This document shows positions 29,865 through 39,180 of a DNA stretch of 64,000 bases, in pieces. The position numbers were made by a program, and so were the translations under genes. Source of the stretch: Saccharopolyspora erythraea NRRL 2338 (GTDB lineage: Bacteria > Actinomycetota > Actinomycetes > Mycobacteriales > Pseudonocardiaceae); the NCBI RefSeq assembly GCF_000062885.1, contig NC_009142.1:1103584-1167583 (forward strand), read 5' to 3'. Positions within the stretch are counted from its first letter, which is position 1; each line of letters begins with the position of its first letter. The notes under the pieces are model-generated. The model did no database searches. It was not told the origin of the DNA and saw only the letters and a program-made list of their open reading frames with translations.

Positions 29865-29920
29865 TGCCCACCTCCGGCGGGCAGGCTATCCCGATCAAGT
29901 GGCTCGGGAGGGGCGATTCG

Positions 29921-31030
29921 GTGAATACGGGTAGCCTGCCCGACGTGACCGCCGAGCTGAACCTCACCGCAGATCCCGTCGAGCTCACCGCCGCCCTGGT
30001 GGACATCCCGAGCGTCTCGGGCGACGAGAAGCTCATCGCCGACGCCGTCGAGCACGCGCTTCGCGAGCAGGCACCGCACCTGGAGGTCATCCGCAACGGC
30101 GAGGCCGTGCTGGCCAGGACGAACCTCGGCCGCGGCTCCCGGGTGGTGCTCGCCGGTCACCTGGACACCGTGCCGGTCAACGACAACCTGCCGTCGCACC
30201 GCAGCGGCTCGGGCGACGACGAGCTGCTCCACGGCTGCGGCACCACCGACATGAAGGGCGGCGACGCGGTGATGCTCGGCATCGCCGCCGGGCTCACCGA
30301 CCCGCGCCACGACCTGACCTTCCTGTTCTACGACTGCGAGGAGGTCGAGGCCGAGCGCAACGGCCTGAACCGCATCGAGCGGGAGCTGCCGGAATGGCTC
30401 GACGGCGACCTCGCGGTGGTCCTGGAGCCGTCGAACGCGGCGATCGAGGCCGGGTGCCAGGGCACGCTGCGGGTCGAGGTCCGCACCGAGGGCGCGCGGG
30501 CGCACACGGCGCGGGCGTGGATGGGCGAGAACGCCATCCACGCGGCGCAGCCGATCCTCAAGCGCCTCGTCGACTACACGCCGAGGCAGCCCACGATCGA
30601 CGGCCTGCACTTCCACGAGGGGCTGCAGGCGGTGCGGATCGCCGGTGGCGTCGCGGGCAACGTCGTCCCGGACAGCTGCGTGGTGACGGTGAACCACCGC
30701 TTCGCCCCGGACCGCTCCCTGGCCGAGGCGGAGGCGCACGTGCGGGAGGTCTTCGACGGCTTCGAGGTGACCCTGACCGACGGGTCGCAGGGCGCGCTGC
30801 CGGGGCTCACGGCCCCCGCGGCGGCGGAACTGGTCGCGGCGTCCGGTCAGGCGCCGGTGGCGAAGCTGGGGTGGACCGACGTCGCGCGGTTCGCAGCGCG
30901 CGGGCTGCCCGCGGTGAACTTCGGCCCTGGCTCCCCGACGCTGGCCCACACGCAGCAGGAACACGTGCCTGTGTCGCAGATCCGCCACTGCGCCCAGGCC
31001 CTGCGCCGCTTCCTCAGCCAGGAGGGCTGA
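29921..31030 (+). CDS. dapE: Succinyl-diaminopimelate desuccinylase (M20 family)
   Basis: GHLDTVP, DMKGG, His/Glu zinc ligands typical of the M20 family; ~369 aa from a GTG start; divergent from dapD as in M. tuberculosis Rv1201c/Rv1202, but here separated by the insertion. Confidence 0.8.
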   Translation: MNTGSLPDVTAELNLTADPVELTAALVDIPSVSGDEKLIADAVEHALREQAPHLEVIRNGEAVLARTNLGRGSRVVLAGHLDTVPVNDNLPSHRSGSGDDELLHGCGTTDMKGGDAVMLGIAAGLTDPRHDLTFLFYDCEEVEAERNGLNRIERELPEWLDGDLAVVLEPSNAAIEAGCQGTLRVEVRTEGARAHTARAWMGENAIHAAQPILKRLVDYTPRQPTIDGLHFHEGLQAVRIAGGVAGNVVPDSCVVTVNHRFAPDRSLAEAEAHVREVFDGFEVTLTDGSQGALPGLTAPAAAELVAASGQAPVAKLGWTDVARFAARGLPAVNFGPGSPTLAHTQQEHVPVSQIRHCAQALRRFLSQEG

Positions 31031-31396
31031 CTCAGCCAGGAGGGCTGAGGTCCCGGGGTTCTCTCCCGCTCGCCGGACGAGGTGGGCGGGCGCGCTTCGG
31101 TTGCGGCGGTGGCTACCGACACGCGGAGGTGAGCGTGGTCGGGTGCGTGTGTCGGTGGGGCGGCGGTCGTTGGGATCGGCCGACATGCCGAGGCGAGCGT
31201 GGTCGGGTGCGGTGTTGTCGCGGACCGAGACGCCGAGAAGCTTGTAGTCCGATGTGCGTGCGGTTCGTGCGCGTGTGGGGACACCGACTCGCGCCCTGGT
31301 CAGGGTGCTGGGGCTGTCCGACTCGCCGAGGCGAGCGTGGTCGGATGCGCGTGTCGGTATCGCCGCCGCCGCGTCGGTCGCTGGGCGAGAGCCGGG

Positions 31397-32605
31397 TCAG
31401 TCGGCGCCGGTCGTGGTCCAGGACTGGCCGAGGGGTCGGTGCGAATCAGGCCTGAAGTCCGAGAAGCCGGGTTCTTCGTCGTCCGGTACCTGCCGGGGCT
31501 GAGGCGTCTCGGCATTGCCGGGTTCGCCGGCCATACGTGAACGCCGCCCGGGTTCGTCATCCGCTGGGTCGGCCTGCCGCACCAGGTCCTCGTCCTGCTC
31601 CTGAGCCTCCTCCTGCGCCAGTTGCTCCCCGCGTGCCGGGGCCTCCCCGGGCGCCGGGGCTGCCGCCCCGAGCTCCTCCTGCCGCCCGCCGGCCTCCAGG
31701 CGCTCCGCGCCCGCCGGCCGCTCCGCGTCGGCCGGCCCGGCGCCCGCCAGGCGCTCCGCGCCCGTCGGCCAGGCCGGCTCCGCCGGCCGGTCCGGCTCCG
31801 GGCGCCGCGGCTCCGGCGCCGCCGAAGGCTGCGCGGCCTCGCCACCGCCCTGATCCGACTTGACCTTCTCGACGAACCGCAGCAGCTCGACCGGGAAGGG
31901 CAGCACGAGCGTGGAGTTCTTCTCCGCCGCCACCTCGACGACCGTTTCCAGCAGCCGGAGTTGCAGCGCCGCCGGGGTGTCGGCCATGACGGTCGCGGCG
32001 TCGGCGAGGCGCTGCGACGCCTGGTACTCGCCGTCGGCGGCGATGACCCGGGAGCGCCGTTCCCGCTCGGCCTCGGCCTGGCGGGCGATCGAGCGCTTCA
32101 TCGACTCCGGCAGCGAGACGTCCTTGATCTCCACCCGGTCGATGTGCACGCCCCAGCCCAGCGCCGGGTTGTCGATCATCAGCTCCAGCCCCTGGTTGAG
32201 CCGCTCCCGGTTGGACAGCAGGTCGTCGAGGTCGCTCTTGCCGATGATCGAGCGCAGCGACGTCTGCGCGACCTGACCGACCGCGAACAGGTAGTCCTCG
32301 ACGTTGACGATGGCGCGCGCGGCGTCCTCCACCTTGAAGTAGACGACGGCGTCGACCCGCACGGTCACGTTGTCGCGGGTGATGCCCTCCTGCGCCGGGA
32401 CCGGCATGGTGACGATCTGGAGGTTGACCTTCCGGAGCCGGTCCACCGCCGGGACGATCGTGGTAAGGCCCGGCCCGCGGGTGTGCTCCTGCAGCCGGCC
32501 GAACCGGAACACCACGCCGCGCTCGTACTGCTTGACGACCTTCACCGCGGACGCCACGTAGACAACGACGAGCACGAGTGCTACGAGCAACCCCTCGATG
32601 ATCAT
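31397..32605 (-). CDS. SPFH/band-7 (stomatin/HflK-like) membrane protein with C-terminal low-complexity repeat tail
   Basis: N-terminal TM then KVVKQYERGVVFRFGRL...IVTMPVPAQEGITRDNVTVRVDAVVYFKV; tail AERLAGAGPADAERPAGAERLEAGG. Confidence 0.8.
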   Translation of the reverse strand: MIIEGLLVALVLVVVYVASAVKVVKQYERGVVFRFGRLQEHTRGPGLTTIVPAVDRLRKVNLQIVTMPVPAQEGITRDNVTVRVDAVVYFKVEDAARAIVNVEDYLFAVGQVAQTSLRSIIGKSDLDDLLSNRERLNQGLELMIDNPALGWGVHIDRVEIKDVSLPESMKRSIARQAEAERERRSRVIAADGEYQASQRLADAATVMADTPAALQLRLLETVVEVAAEKNSTLVLPFPVELLRFVEKVKSDQGGGEAAQPSAAPEPRRPEPDRPAEPAWPTGAERLAGAGPADAERPAGAERLEAGGRQEELGAAAPAPGEAPARGEQLAQEEAQEQDEDLVRQADPADDEPGRRSRMAGEPGNAETPQPRQVPDDEEPGFSDFRPDSHRPLGQSWTTTGAD

Positions 32606-32837
32606 GGCAGGCTCCCCGGGCTCGATTCGCGGTCGTGCCCGGCGATCCGTCCCGTCCCCGCGTGAACCGCCATGATCGCCCGTGTCGGCGACGGATCGCC
32701 GAATTCACTCGATCTACCCCTCGTATCGTACGCCGCGCACGCACCGCCGCGAAGCTCTTGAACAGCGGAATCGTCGGCTCGGCGAGACCGGCGCGGCACG
32801 CCCGTGACACTGATGGCTCACCCGCCGTTCGCCGCGG

Positions 32838-33641
32838 ATGCTTACTCTCGATCGCATGACGATTGAGGGCCCCTGGGGCACGCCGAACGGTGCCGAGCAC
32901 CCGCAGGAGAAGCAACGCGGACCGGTGGTCCTGCGCCGGTCGAGGCTGGCCGAGCCCACCACGACCGACCAGCGCCTGCTCGACTCGCGCGGCCCGTCGG
33001 ACTGGGTGCACACCGATCCGTGGCGGGTGCTGCGGATCCAAGCGGAGTTCGTCGAGGGCTTCGGCGCGCTGGCCGAGGTGCCGCGGGCGGTGACCGTCTT
33101 CGGGTCGGCCAGGACCCCGCGGGAGCACCCCGAGTACGCCGCGGGGATGGAGCTGGGCGCGGCGCTGGCCGCCATCGGCTGCGCGGTGATCACCGGGGGC
33201 GGCCCCGGCACGATGGAGGCGGTCAACCGGGGCGCCTCGGAGGCGGGCGGCCTCTCGATCGGGCTCGGCATCGAGCTGCCCTTCGAGCAGGGGCTCAACC
33301 CGTGGGTCGACCTCGGCGTCAACTTCCGCTACTTCTTCGCGCGCAAGACGATGTTCATCAAGTACGCGCAGGCGTTCATCTGCCTGCCCGGTGGCTTCGG
33401 CACGATGGACGAGCTGTTCGAGTCGCTGACGCTGGTGCAGACCAAGAAGGTCACCAAGTTCCCGGTGGTGCTCTTCGGCAAGTCCTACTGGCAGGGCCTG
33501 TACGACTGGGTGCGCGACAGCATGCTCGCCACCGGCAAGATCGGCGAGAAGGAAATGGGCTTGTTGCACCTGACCGACGACATCGATGATGCCGTGAGCA
33601 TCGTCGAGGAGGCGTACCAGGCTTGGGAGGCCACGCATTGA
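32838..33641 (+). CDS. LOG-family protein (cytokinin riboside 5'-monophosphate phosphoribohydrolase-like), long form
   Basis: VFGSARTP...GGGPGTMEAVNRGA...CLPGGFGTMDELFE (PGGxGTxxE motif); Rv1205-like by position. Confidence 0.8.
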   Translation: MLTLDRMTIEGPWGTPNGAEHPQEKQRGPVVLRRSRLAEPTTTDQRLLDSRGPSDWVHTDPWRVLRIQAEFVEGFGALAEVPRAVTVFGSARTPREHPEYAAGMELGAALAAIGCAVITGGGPGTMEAVNRGASEAGGLSIGLGIELPFEQGLNPWVDLGVNFRYFFARKTMFIKYAQAFICLPGGFGTMDELFESLTLVQTKKVTKFPVVLFGKSYWQGLYDWVRDSMLATGKIGEKEMGLLHLTDDIDDAVSIVEEAYQAWEATH

Positions 33642-34189
33642 ACGAGGAGCCGGCAACCGCGGCGGTCTGCGTCTACTGCGCGTCCCGCCCGGTCCCGCAG
33701 CAGTACCTCGACCTGGCCGCCGACGTCGGCACCGGCATCGCCAAGCGCGGCTGGTCGCTGGTCTCCGGCGGCGGCCGGGTGTCCATGATGGGCGAGGTGA
33801 CGCGCGCTGCCCGGGCGGGCGGCGCGCGGACCGTCGGCGTGATCCCGCGTGCGCTGGTCGACCTGGAGGTCGCCGACAGCGACTCCGACGAGCTGCTGGT
33901 CGTCGACACCATGCGCGAGCGCAAGGGCCTTATGGACGCGCACGCCAGCGCGTTCATGGCCCTGCCGGGCGGTATCGGCACGTGCGAGGAGCTGTTCGAG
34001 GTGTGGACCTCGCGCTACCTCGGCATGCACGCCAAGCCGGTGGTGCTGCTGGACCCGGACGGCCACTACCGCGGGCTGCTTGACTGGCTGCGCGGCATGG
34101 TCGACAGCGGTTTCGCGAGCAGCAGCTCGCTGGAGGCGCTGAGCGTCGTCACCGACGTGGAGGCCGCGCTCGACGCCTGCGCGCCGTGA
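33638..34189 (+). CDS. LOG-family protein, short form (second tandem paralogue)
   Basis: VYCASRP...SGGGRVSMMGEV...ALPGGIGTCEELFE; TTG start overlapping the preceding stop. Confidence 0.75.
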   Translation: MNEEPATAAVCVYCASRPVPQQYLDLAADVGTGIAKRGWSLVSGGGRVSMMGEVTRAARAGGARTVGVIPRALVDLEVADSDSDELLVVDTMRERKGLMDAHASAFMALPGGIGTCEELFEVWTSRYLGMHAKPVVLLDPDGHYRGLLDWLRGMVDSGFASSSSLEALSVVTDVEAALDACAP

Positions 34190-34268
34190 ACGCTCCCGGG
34201 CCACGCGGGCGTGGTGACCGCCCGCGCGGCCCCGGGGCCCGGCCAGTGGCCGGCCGTTGCGGGGAAGG

Positions 34269-35864
34269 TCAGCCCAGGGGGATGTCCAGCCGGGACGGCG
34301 CACCGGTCGGGGACTCGAAGCCGACCCGCGAGCCCGCCTCCGCGCCGCTGCCGTAGCGGGGGTCGACGGTGTCGACGACCAGCACCAGCCGGTGCCCGGC
34401 AGGCACGGTCCAGAGCCCGGGCTCCAGCGCCAGCTCGACCCGCCGCGGGCCGCCCGCCGCGCCGCCGTCCAGCGTCACGGGCTTGTGGCTGATAAGGCTG
34501 CCCGCGCCGAAGGCGTCCACGTCGTAGAGGTAGGCGAACAGCGTGGTGTCGCCGGAGCCGGCGGAGACCGCGGTGCTGAGCCTCGGCGTGCCGCTGACCG
34601 TCACCGCGCTCGGGTACGGGTCGGTGGCCCACACCCCGGCGCCGCGGCGGTCGACCAGCGGGGTGAGCACTCCGACGGGAATGCCGAAGCCCTGGAGCAT
34701 TCCGCTGATCATCACCGGGCCGCTGTCGGCCGCAGTGGGCACTCCGGCGGAGATCGAGTGCCGCCAGCCTGCCCCGGGGCCGGGGCTCAGCTCGCCGGTG
34801 ACGGGCGCGAGCGGGTGGCGCGGTTCGGGCGCGCCGAGGTAGCGGGTGTCGACCCGGCCGGTGACCGAGGCCCAGTCCGGGTACCCGCGCCACGGCCCGC
34901 CGTTGATCGGCTTGAGCTGCACGGGGTTCTCCCCGTCGATGCCGTTGGGGACGTCGCGCAGGTGGTGGTCGAACCAGCGCCGGGTGGAGTCCCAGACGTC
35001 GTTGGGCAGGCCGGCCGCGCCGAACATCTCCGGCGTCGCGTGGTCGCCGGGAGAAAGCATGAGGCGCTTGGGTCCGCTCAGGTCCTCGTAGAGGTCGGCC
35101 ATCTGCTGTGGCGGGAAGAGCGAGTCCTCCCACGCGTTGGCGATCATCACGGCGGTGCCGTTGGCGTTGATCGCGTCCACGACGGTGGTGGGGGAGCGCT
35201 CCGGGGCCAGGTGGAGGGCGTCCTCGATCCGGCCCTCCCGGTACGCGCGCTCCAGCTCGGCGAGGTCCGAGCCGAACCGGCCGGTCAGGTGGCCCGCCCC
35301 GAGCAGCAGCTCGGCGCCCTGCGCGTTCACCGTGCCGTTCGGGTACAGCGACTTCTCCAGATCCGCCCAGCCGCTCATCGCCGAGACGGCCCGCACGCGC
35401 GGGTCGGCGGCGGCGGTCAGGGCGCTGATGCCCGCGCCGTAGGAGATCCCGGCCATGCCGACGCGGCCGGGGTCGGCCCCGGTGTTGGCCCCCGCCCAGT
35501 CGATGACCTTCGAGGCGTCGGCGACATCCTCCGGCCCGGCGACCTCGACCGCGCCGCCGGATGCCCAGAAGCCCCGCGCGGTGTATGTGACGACCACGTA
35601 TCCGGAGTTGTAGGCGAGATCGGCCGCGGCGCCGACGTACTCCAGGTTCGGCGTGGCCCAGCTCGCGGGCATCACCAGCAGCGGGAACGGACCGTCACCG
35701 GCCGGCTCGATCACCTTGGCGTCGAGGGCGACGCCGTCGGCGCCGGGGATGGTCTCGTGGCTGACGGTGACGCCCGGCGGGGCGGTGGACGCGGTCGGGG
35801 CGGCCACGGGAACGGCGAGGGTCGCGACGACGGCCGCGGTCGCGAGGGTGAGCAGGCGGCGCAC
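34269..35864 (-). CDS. Secreted CocE/NonD-family hydrolase (S15 X-Pro dipeptidyl-peptidase-like)
   Basis: Signal peptide MRRLLTLATAAVVATLAVPVAAP; GISYGAG nucleophile elbow; 531 aa. Confidence 0.7.
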   Translation of the reverse strand: MRRLLTLATAAVVATLAVPVAAPTASTAPPGVTVSHETIPGADGVALDAKVIEPAGDGPFPLLVMPASWATPNLEYVGAAADLAYNSGYVVVTYTARGFWASGGAVEVAGPEDVADASKVIDWAGANTGADPGRVGMAGISYGAGISALTAAADPRVRAVSAMSGWADLEKSLYPNGTVNAQGAELLLGAGHLTGRFGSDLAELERAYREGRIEDALHLAPERSPTTVVDAINANGTAVMIANAWEDSLFPPQQMADLYEDLSGPKRLMLSPGDHATPEMFGAAGLPNDVWDSTRRWFDHHLRDVPNGIDGENPVQLKPINGGPWRGYPDWASVTGRVDTRYLGAPEPRHPLAPVTGELSPGPGAGWRHSISAGVPTAADSGPVMISGMLQGFGIPVGVLTPLVDRRGAGVWATDPYPSAVTVSGTPRLSTAVSAGSGDTTLFAYLYDVDAFGAGSLISHKPVTLDGGAAGGPRRVELALEPGLWTVPAGHRLVLVVDTVDPRYGSGAEAGSRVGFESPTGAPSRLDIPLG

Positions 35865-36015
35865 ACCGACCTCCTTGTCGAGTGGCGTGGGGCACAGCGA
35901 TCAGCAGTAAACATGAACCTACTCTCGGGTAGCAAGTGGCTAGCAGGCCCAGGTGAACCGACGCCACGCACCTGGGCGTGCCGCGCCGCCGCGCGTCCAT
36001 GCCAGGATTTGACGG

Positions 36016-36885
36016 GTGAAGCCACTGCGGTTCGGTGACAAGGACCTGCCGGCAGATCGCCCGCTGGTGATGGCGATCGTGAACCGGACCAGGGACTCCT
36101 TCTACGACCGGGGGCGCACGTTCGAGACGTCCGCCGCGGCGGAGGCCGTCGACCGGGCGGTCGCGGACGGGGCCGACATCGTCGACATCGGCGGCGTGCG
36201 CGCCGGGGCGCAGGGCGAGACCGTCGACGCGGCCGAGGAGGCCCGCCGCGTGGTGCCCTTCGTCGCGGCGGTGCGCGAGCGCCACCCGGAGCTGGTCATC
36301 AGCGTCGACACCTGGCGCCACGAGGTCGCCCGGCACGTCTGCGACGCCGGTGCCGACCTGCTCAACGACACGTGGGCCGGCGCGGACCCGAGGCTGGCCG
36401 AGGTCGCCGCCGAGTTCGGCGTCGGCGTCGTCTGCTCCCACACCGGCGGGCTGCCGCCGCGCACCGACCCCCACCGCGTCCGCTACGCCGACGTGGTCGC
36501 CGAGGTGACCGCCGAGCTCGTCGAGCGCGCGGAGCGGATGGTCCGCATCGGCGTGCCCGCGCACGGCGTGCTGATCGACCCGACGCACGACTTCGGCAAG
36601 AACACCTGGCACGGGCTGGCGCTGCTGCGCCGCGTCGACGAGCTGGTGGCGACCGGCTGGCCGGTGCTGATGGCGCTGTCCAACAAGGACTTCGTCGGCG
36701 AGACGCTCGGCGCCGGGGTCGACGAGCGGCTGGAGGGGACCCTGGCGGCGACCGCGGTCGCCGCGTGGGGCGGTGCGCGGGTCTTCCGGGCGCACCACGT
36801 CCGGGAGACGCGGCGGGTGGTGGAGATGGTCGCGAGCATCGCGGGCACCCGGCCACCCGCGCAGGTGCTCCGCGCCCTGGGCTGA
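36016..36885 (+). CDS. Dihydropteroate synthase-like protein (FolP2-like by position)
   Basis: GTG start; Pterin-binding domain NRTRDSFYD...DIVDIGG...LLNDTWA...SNKDF. Confidence 0.75.
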   Translation: MKPLRFGDKDLPADRPLVMAIVNRTRDSFYDRGRTFETSAAAEAVDRAVADGADIVDIGGVRAGAQGETVDAAEEARRVVPFVAAVRERHPELVISVDTWRHEVARHVCDAGADLLNDTWAGADPRLAEVAAEFGVGVVCSHTGGLPPRTDPHRVRYADVVAEVTAELVERAERMVRIGVPAHGVLIDPTHDFGKNTWHGLALLRRVDELVATGWPVLMALSNKDFVGETLGAGVDERLEGTLAATAVAAWGGARVFRAHHVRETRRVVEMVASIAGTRPPAQVLRALG

Positions 36886-37002
36886 CGGGACCCGTTCGCG
36901 GCGCTCGGCTGCCGCGCGGGTCGGAGACGGCGCCAGGTCGAAGGCGCTGCGGTCGGCGGTGGCGCGGCGGTCGGAGGACGGACGCGGTGGGCGGCCCGGT
37001 GG

Positions 37003-37332
37003 TCAGCCCGCGCGGAAGGCCAGGTCGACCAGCTCGGACACGCCGTCGGCCGGGACGTCCGGGCGGACCACGAGCAGCACCGGTGCCAGCCTGATCCACC
37101 GCGACTTCACCCTGGGGGCGCTGGGCTTCGCCGCGGCGAGCTCGTCGGCGAGCTCCTCGAGCCGCCACTGAGCCTCGTCGCGTTCCAGGCTCGGGTCGGG
37201 GTGCGCGGCGATCACGTCGACCAGCGCGTTGACGTAGGTGCGGAGCCGGTCGAGCGCGCTGTTGCCGCCGACCGCCGTGGCGGCGTCGGCCGGCGCGCCG
37301 GCCTGGTCCGAGCGGTCGTTGTCGTCGCGCAC
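37003..37332 (-). CDS. Hypothetical protein (109 aa)
   Basis: ORF only; acidic N-terminus, no recognised motif. Confidence 0.3.
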   Translation of the reverse strand: MRDDNDRSDQAGAPADAATAVGGNSALDRLRTYVNALVDVIAAHPDPSLERDEAQWRLEELADELAAAKPSAPRVKSRWIRLAPVLLVVRPDVPADGVSELVDLAFRAG

Positions 37333-37560
37333 TTCGGGAAGCTCCTAGATCGCTCGCGGGTACCGGCCGATCCCGAAGTCTGCTGCAGCGGTGGGCACGA
37401 ACGGGGATGTCGCCACGTTATTCAACCGATCGGGGCAACTCCGGCGAACCGCTTGCGGCGATGTGATGCACGTCATCACCGGTCCAGATCGCGAAAGGAC
37501 CTAGGTCCCCTTGCGAGCAGGCGATGACAGTGGTCGGAAATATCCGTAGAGTCGCTACTC

Positions 37561-37902
37561 GTGAAGGCTGATGCGTTGCGCGGTCACCTGGACGCTCTGC
37601 TCCTCGCCACGCTCGACGGCAGGGAGCTTCACGGGTACGCCATCATCGAGGCGCTGCAACAACGCAGCGGGGGTGCCCTCGACCTGCCCACCGGCACTGT
37701 CTACCCCGCCCTGCGCCGGCTCGAACGAGCCGGGTACGTGCTCAGCTCGTGGAGCACGGTCGGCGGCAGGCAACGGCGCACGTATCGCCTGACGCATTCC
37801 GGGGTGCAGACCCTCCAGGCCGAACGCCGCGCGTGGCGCGAGTTCACCACGGCGATCGAGGGCGTGCTGGTCAAGCGGCCCCCGACGCCCGTGCAGGCCT
37901 AG
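37561..37902 (+). CDS. PadR-family transcriptional regulator
   Basis: GTG start; LHGYAIIEAL...GTVYPALRRLERAGYV winged-helix signature. Confidence 0.8.
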   Translation: MKADALRGHLDALLLATLDGRELHGYAIIEALQQRSGGALDLPTGTVYPALRRLERAGYVLSSWSTVGGRQRRTYRLTHSGVQTLQAERRAWREFTTAIEGVLVKRPPTPVQA

Positions 37903-37983
37903 CCGGGTACCGCGCCGCGCCTGCTCGCCGCGTCCGCGCAGGCCGAGCCGTGCGGCTCGCGCGCCGCGTGCCACGATCTGGGT

Positions 37984-38331
37984 GTGGCTAGTGCGCTGAT
38001 CTACCTGCTCGTCGTGCTCGCGGTCGCCGCAGTGATCTACCTGCTCGCCTCGCTGGTCTTCGGCCGCGGCGAGCAGTTGGAGGCGTTGCCGCCCGGCTCG
38101 ACCCCGACCCGGCTGCCACCCGCCGACGTCGAGGGCTCCGACGTGCGCGCGCTCCGCTTCCAGCAGGTGCTGCGCGGCTACAAGGCGGCGGAGGTCGACT
38201 GGGCGCTGGAGCGGGTCGCTGGGGAGCTCGACGAGCTCCGCGGCCGCATCGCCGTGCTGGAACGCCAGCTCGACGCGGCCGGTGAGGAGATCAGGCGGGC
38301 CCGGGCCGGGCGCGCCGAGGAGGAGCTGTGA
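37984..38331 (+). CDS. DivIVA-domain membrane-anchored protein
   Basis: N-terminal TM (LIYLLVVLAVAAVIYLLASLVF) then FQQVLRGYKAAEVDWALERVAGELDELRGRIAVLERQLD coiled coil; ATGA overlap with tag. Confidence 0.65.
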   Translation: MASALIYLLVVLAVAAVIYLLASLVFGRGEQLEALPPGSTPTRLPPADVEGSDVRALRFQQVLRGYKAAEVDWALERVAGELDELRGRIAVLERQLDAAGEEIRRARAGRAEEEL

Positions 38332-38909
38332 GCACGCGGGACGTCGTCGTCGGGGCCGATGGACGTGCCCGCTGCCCGTGGGGCGCGAGCACGCCGGACT
38401 ACGTGGAGTACCACGACACCGAGTGGGGCCGCGTCCTGCACGGCGACCGCGCGCTGTTCGAGCGGATCACGCTGGAGTCGTTCCAGTCCGGTCTGTCGTG
38501 GCTGACCATCCTCCGCAAGCGCGAAGCTTTCCGAACTGCTTTCGCCGGCTTCGACCCCGAGCGGGTCGCCGGGTTCGGGGAGGAGGACCGCGCGCGGCTG
38601 CTGGCCGACGCCGGGATCGTGCGCAACCGCGCCAAGATCGACGCCGCCATCCGCAACGCCCGGGCGGTGCTGGAGCTCGACCGGCCGCTGGACGAGCTGC
38701 TGTGGTCGTTCGCGCCGCCCGCAGATGGCCGGACGCGACCGGCGGCGGGCGCGGACGTGCCCGCGACGACACCGGAGTCCACCGCGATGGCCAAGGAGCT
38801 CAAGCGCCGCGGGTTCGTGTTCGTGGGGCCCACAACCTGCTACGCGCTGATGCAGGCCACCGGCATGGTCGACGACCACCTCGAGGGCTGCTGGCGAGCC
38901 GCCGGCTGA
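38328..38909 (+). CDS. tag: DNA-3-methyladenine glycosylase I
   Basis: CPWGASTPDYVEYHDTEWG...FQSGLSWLTILRKREAFR...CYALMQATGMVDDH, matching the conserved Tag zinc-binding N- and C-terminal elements. Confidence 0.85.
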   Translation: MSTRDVVVGADGRARCPWGASTPDYVEYHDTEWGRVLHGDRALFERITLESFQSGLSWLTILRKREAFRTAFAGFDPERVAGFGEEDRARLLADAGIVRNRAKIDAAIRNARAVLELDRPLDELLWSFAPPADGRTRPAAGADVPATTPESTAMAKELKRRGFVFVGPTTCYALMQATGMVDDHLEGCWRAAG

Positions 38910-38941
38910 AGGGCCCTCCGCGTGTGGCCCGCCCTGTGACC

Positions 38942-39066
38942 TATCGCCGCCCGCGCCGGCCGCTAGGGCCGCCCGGTCGCGCCGGTCCGCCACTGAGCGC
39001 CCCCCGCTGCCCGCCCGCGCCGGCCGCTAGGGCCGCCCGGTCGCGCCGGTCCGCCACTGAGCGCCC
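38942..39066. repeat. Exact ~62-bp direct repeat x2 (plus degenerate third copy to ~39130) between convergent tag and echA
   Basis: CTGCCCGCCCGCGCCGGCCGCTAGGGCCGCCCGGTCGCGCCGGTCCGCCACTGAGCGCCCCCCG occurs twice in tandem. Confidence 0.8.
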
Positions 39067-39180
39067 CCCGCTGCCCGCCCGCGCCGGGCGCAAAGCCGCT
39101 GTCCCGCCGCCCCCGCCGCCACACCGCCCCCGCCGCCGCGCCGGTCCGCTGCGCGCGGAACGGCGCGGCCGGCTCGCGGC

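Noticed and set aside
36885-37560. gpgS (glucosyl-3-phosphoglycerate synthase), expected between folP2-like and tagA by analogy with M. tuberculosis Rv1208
   Set aside because: No glycosyltransferase-family-81-like ORF is present. Only a 109-aa hypothetical on the minus strand and the PadR gene are here, so the gene is absent from this locus rather than missed.
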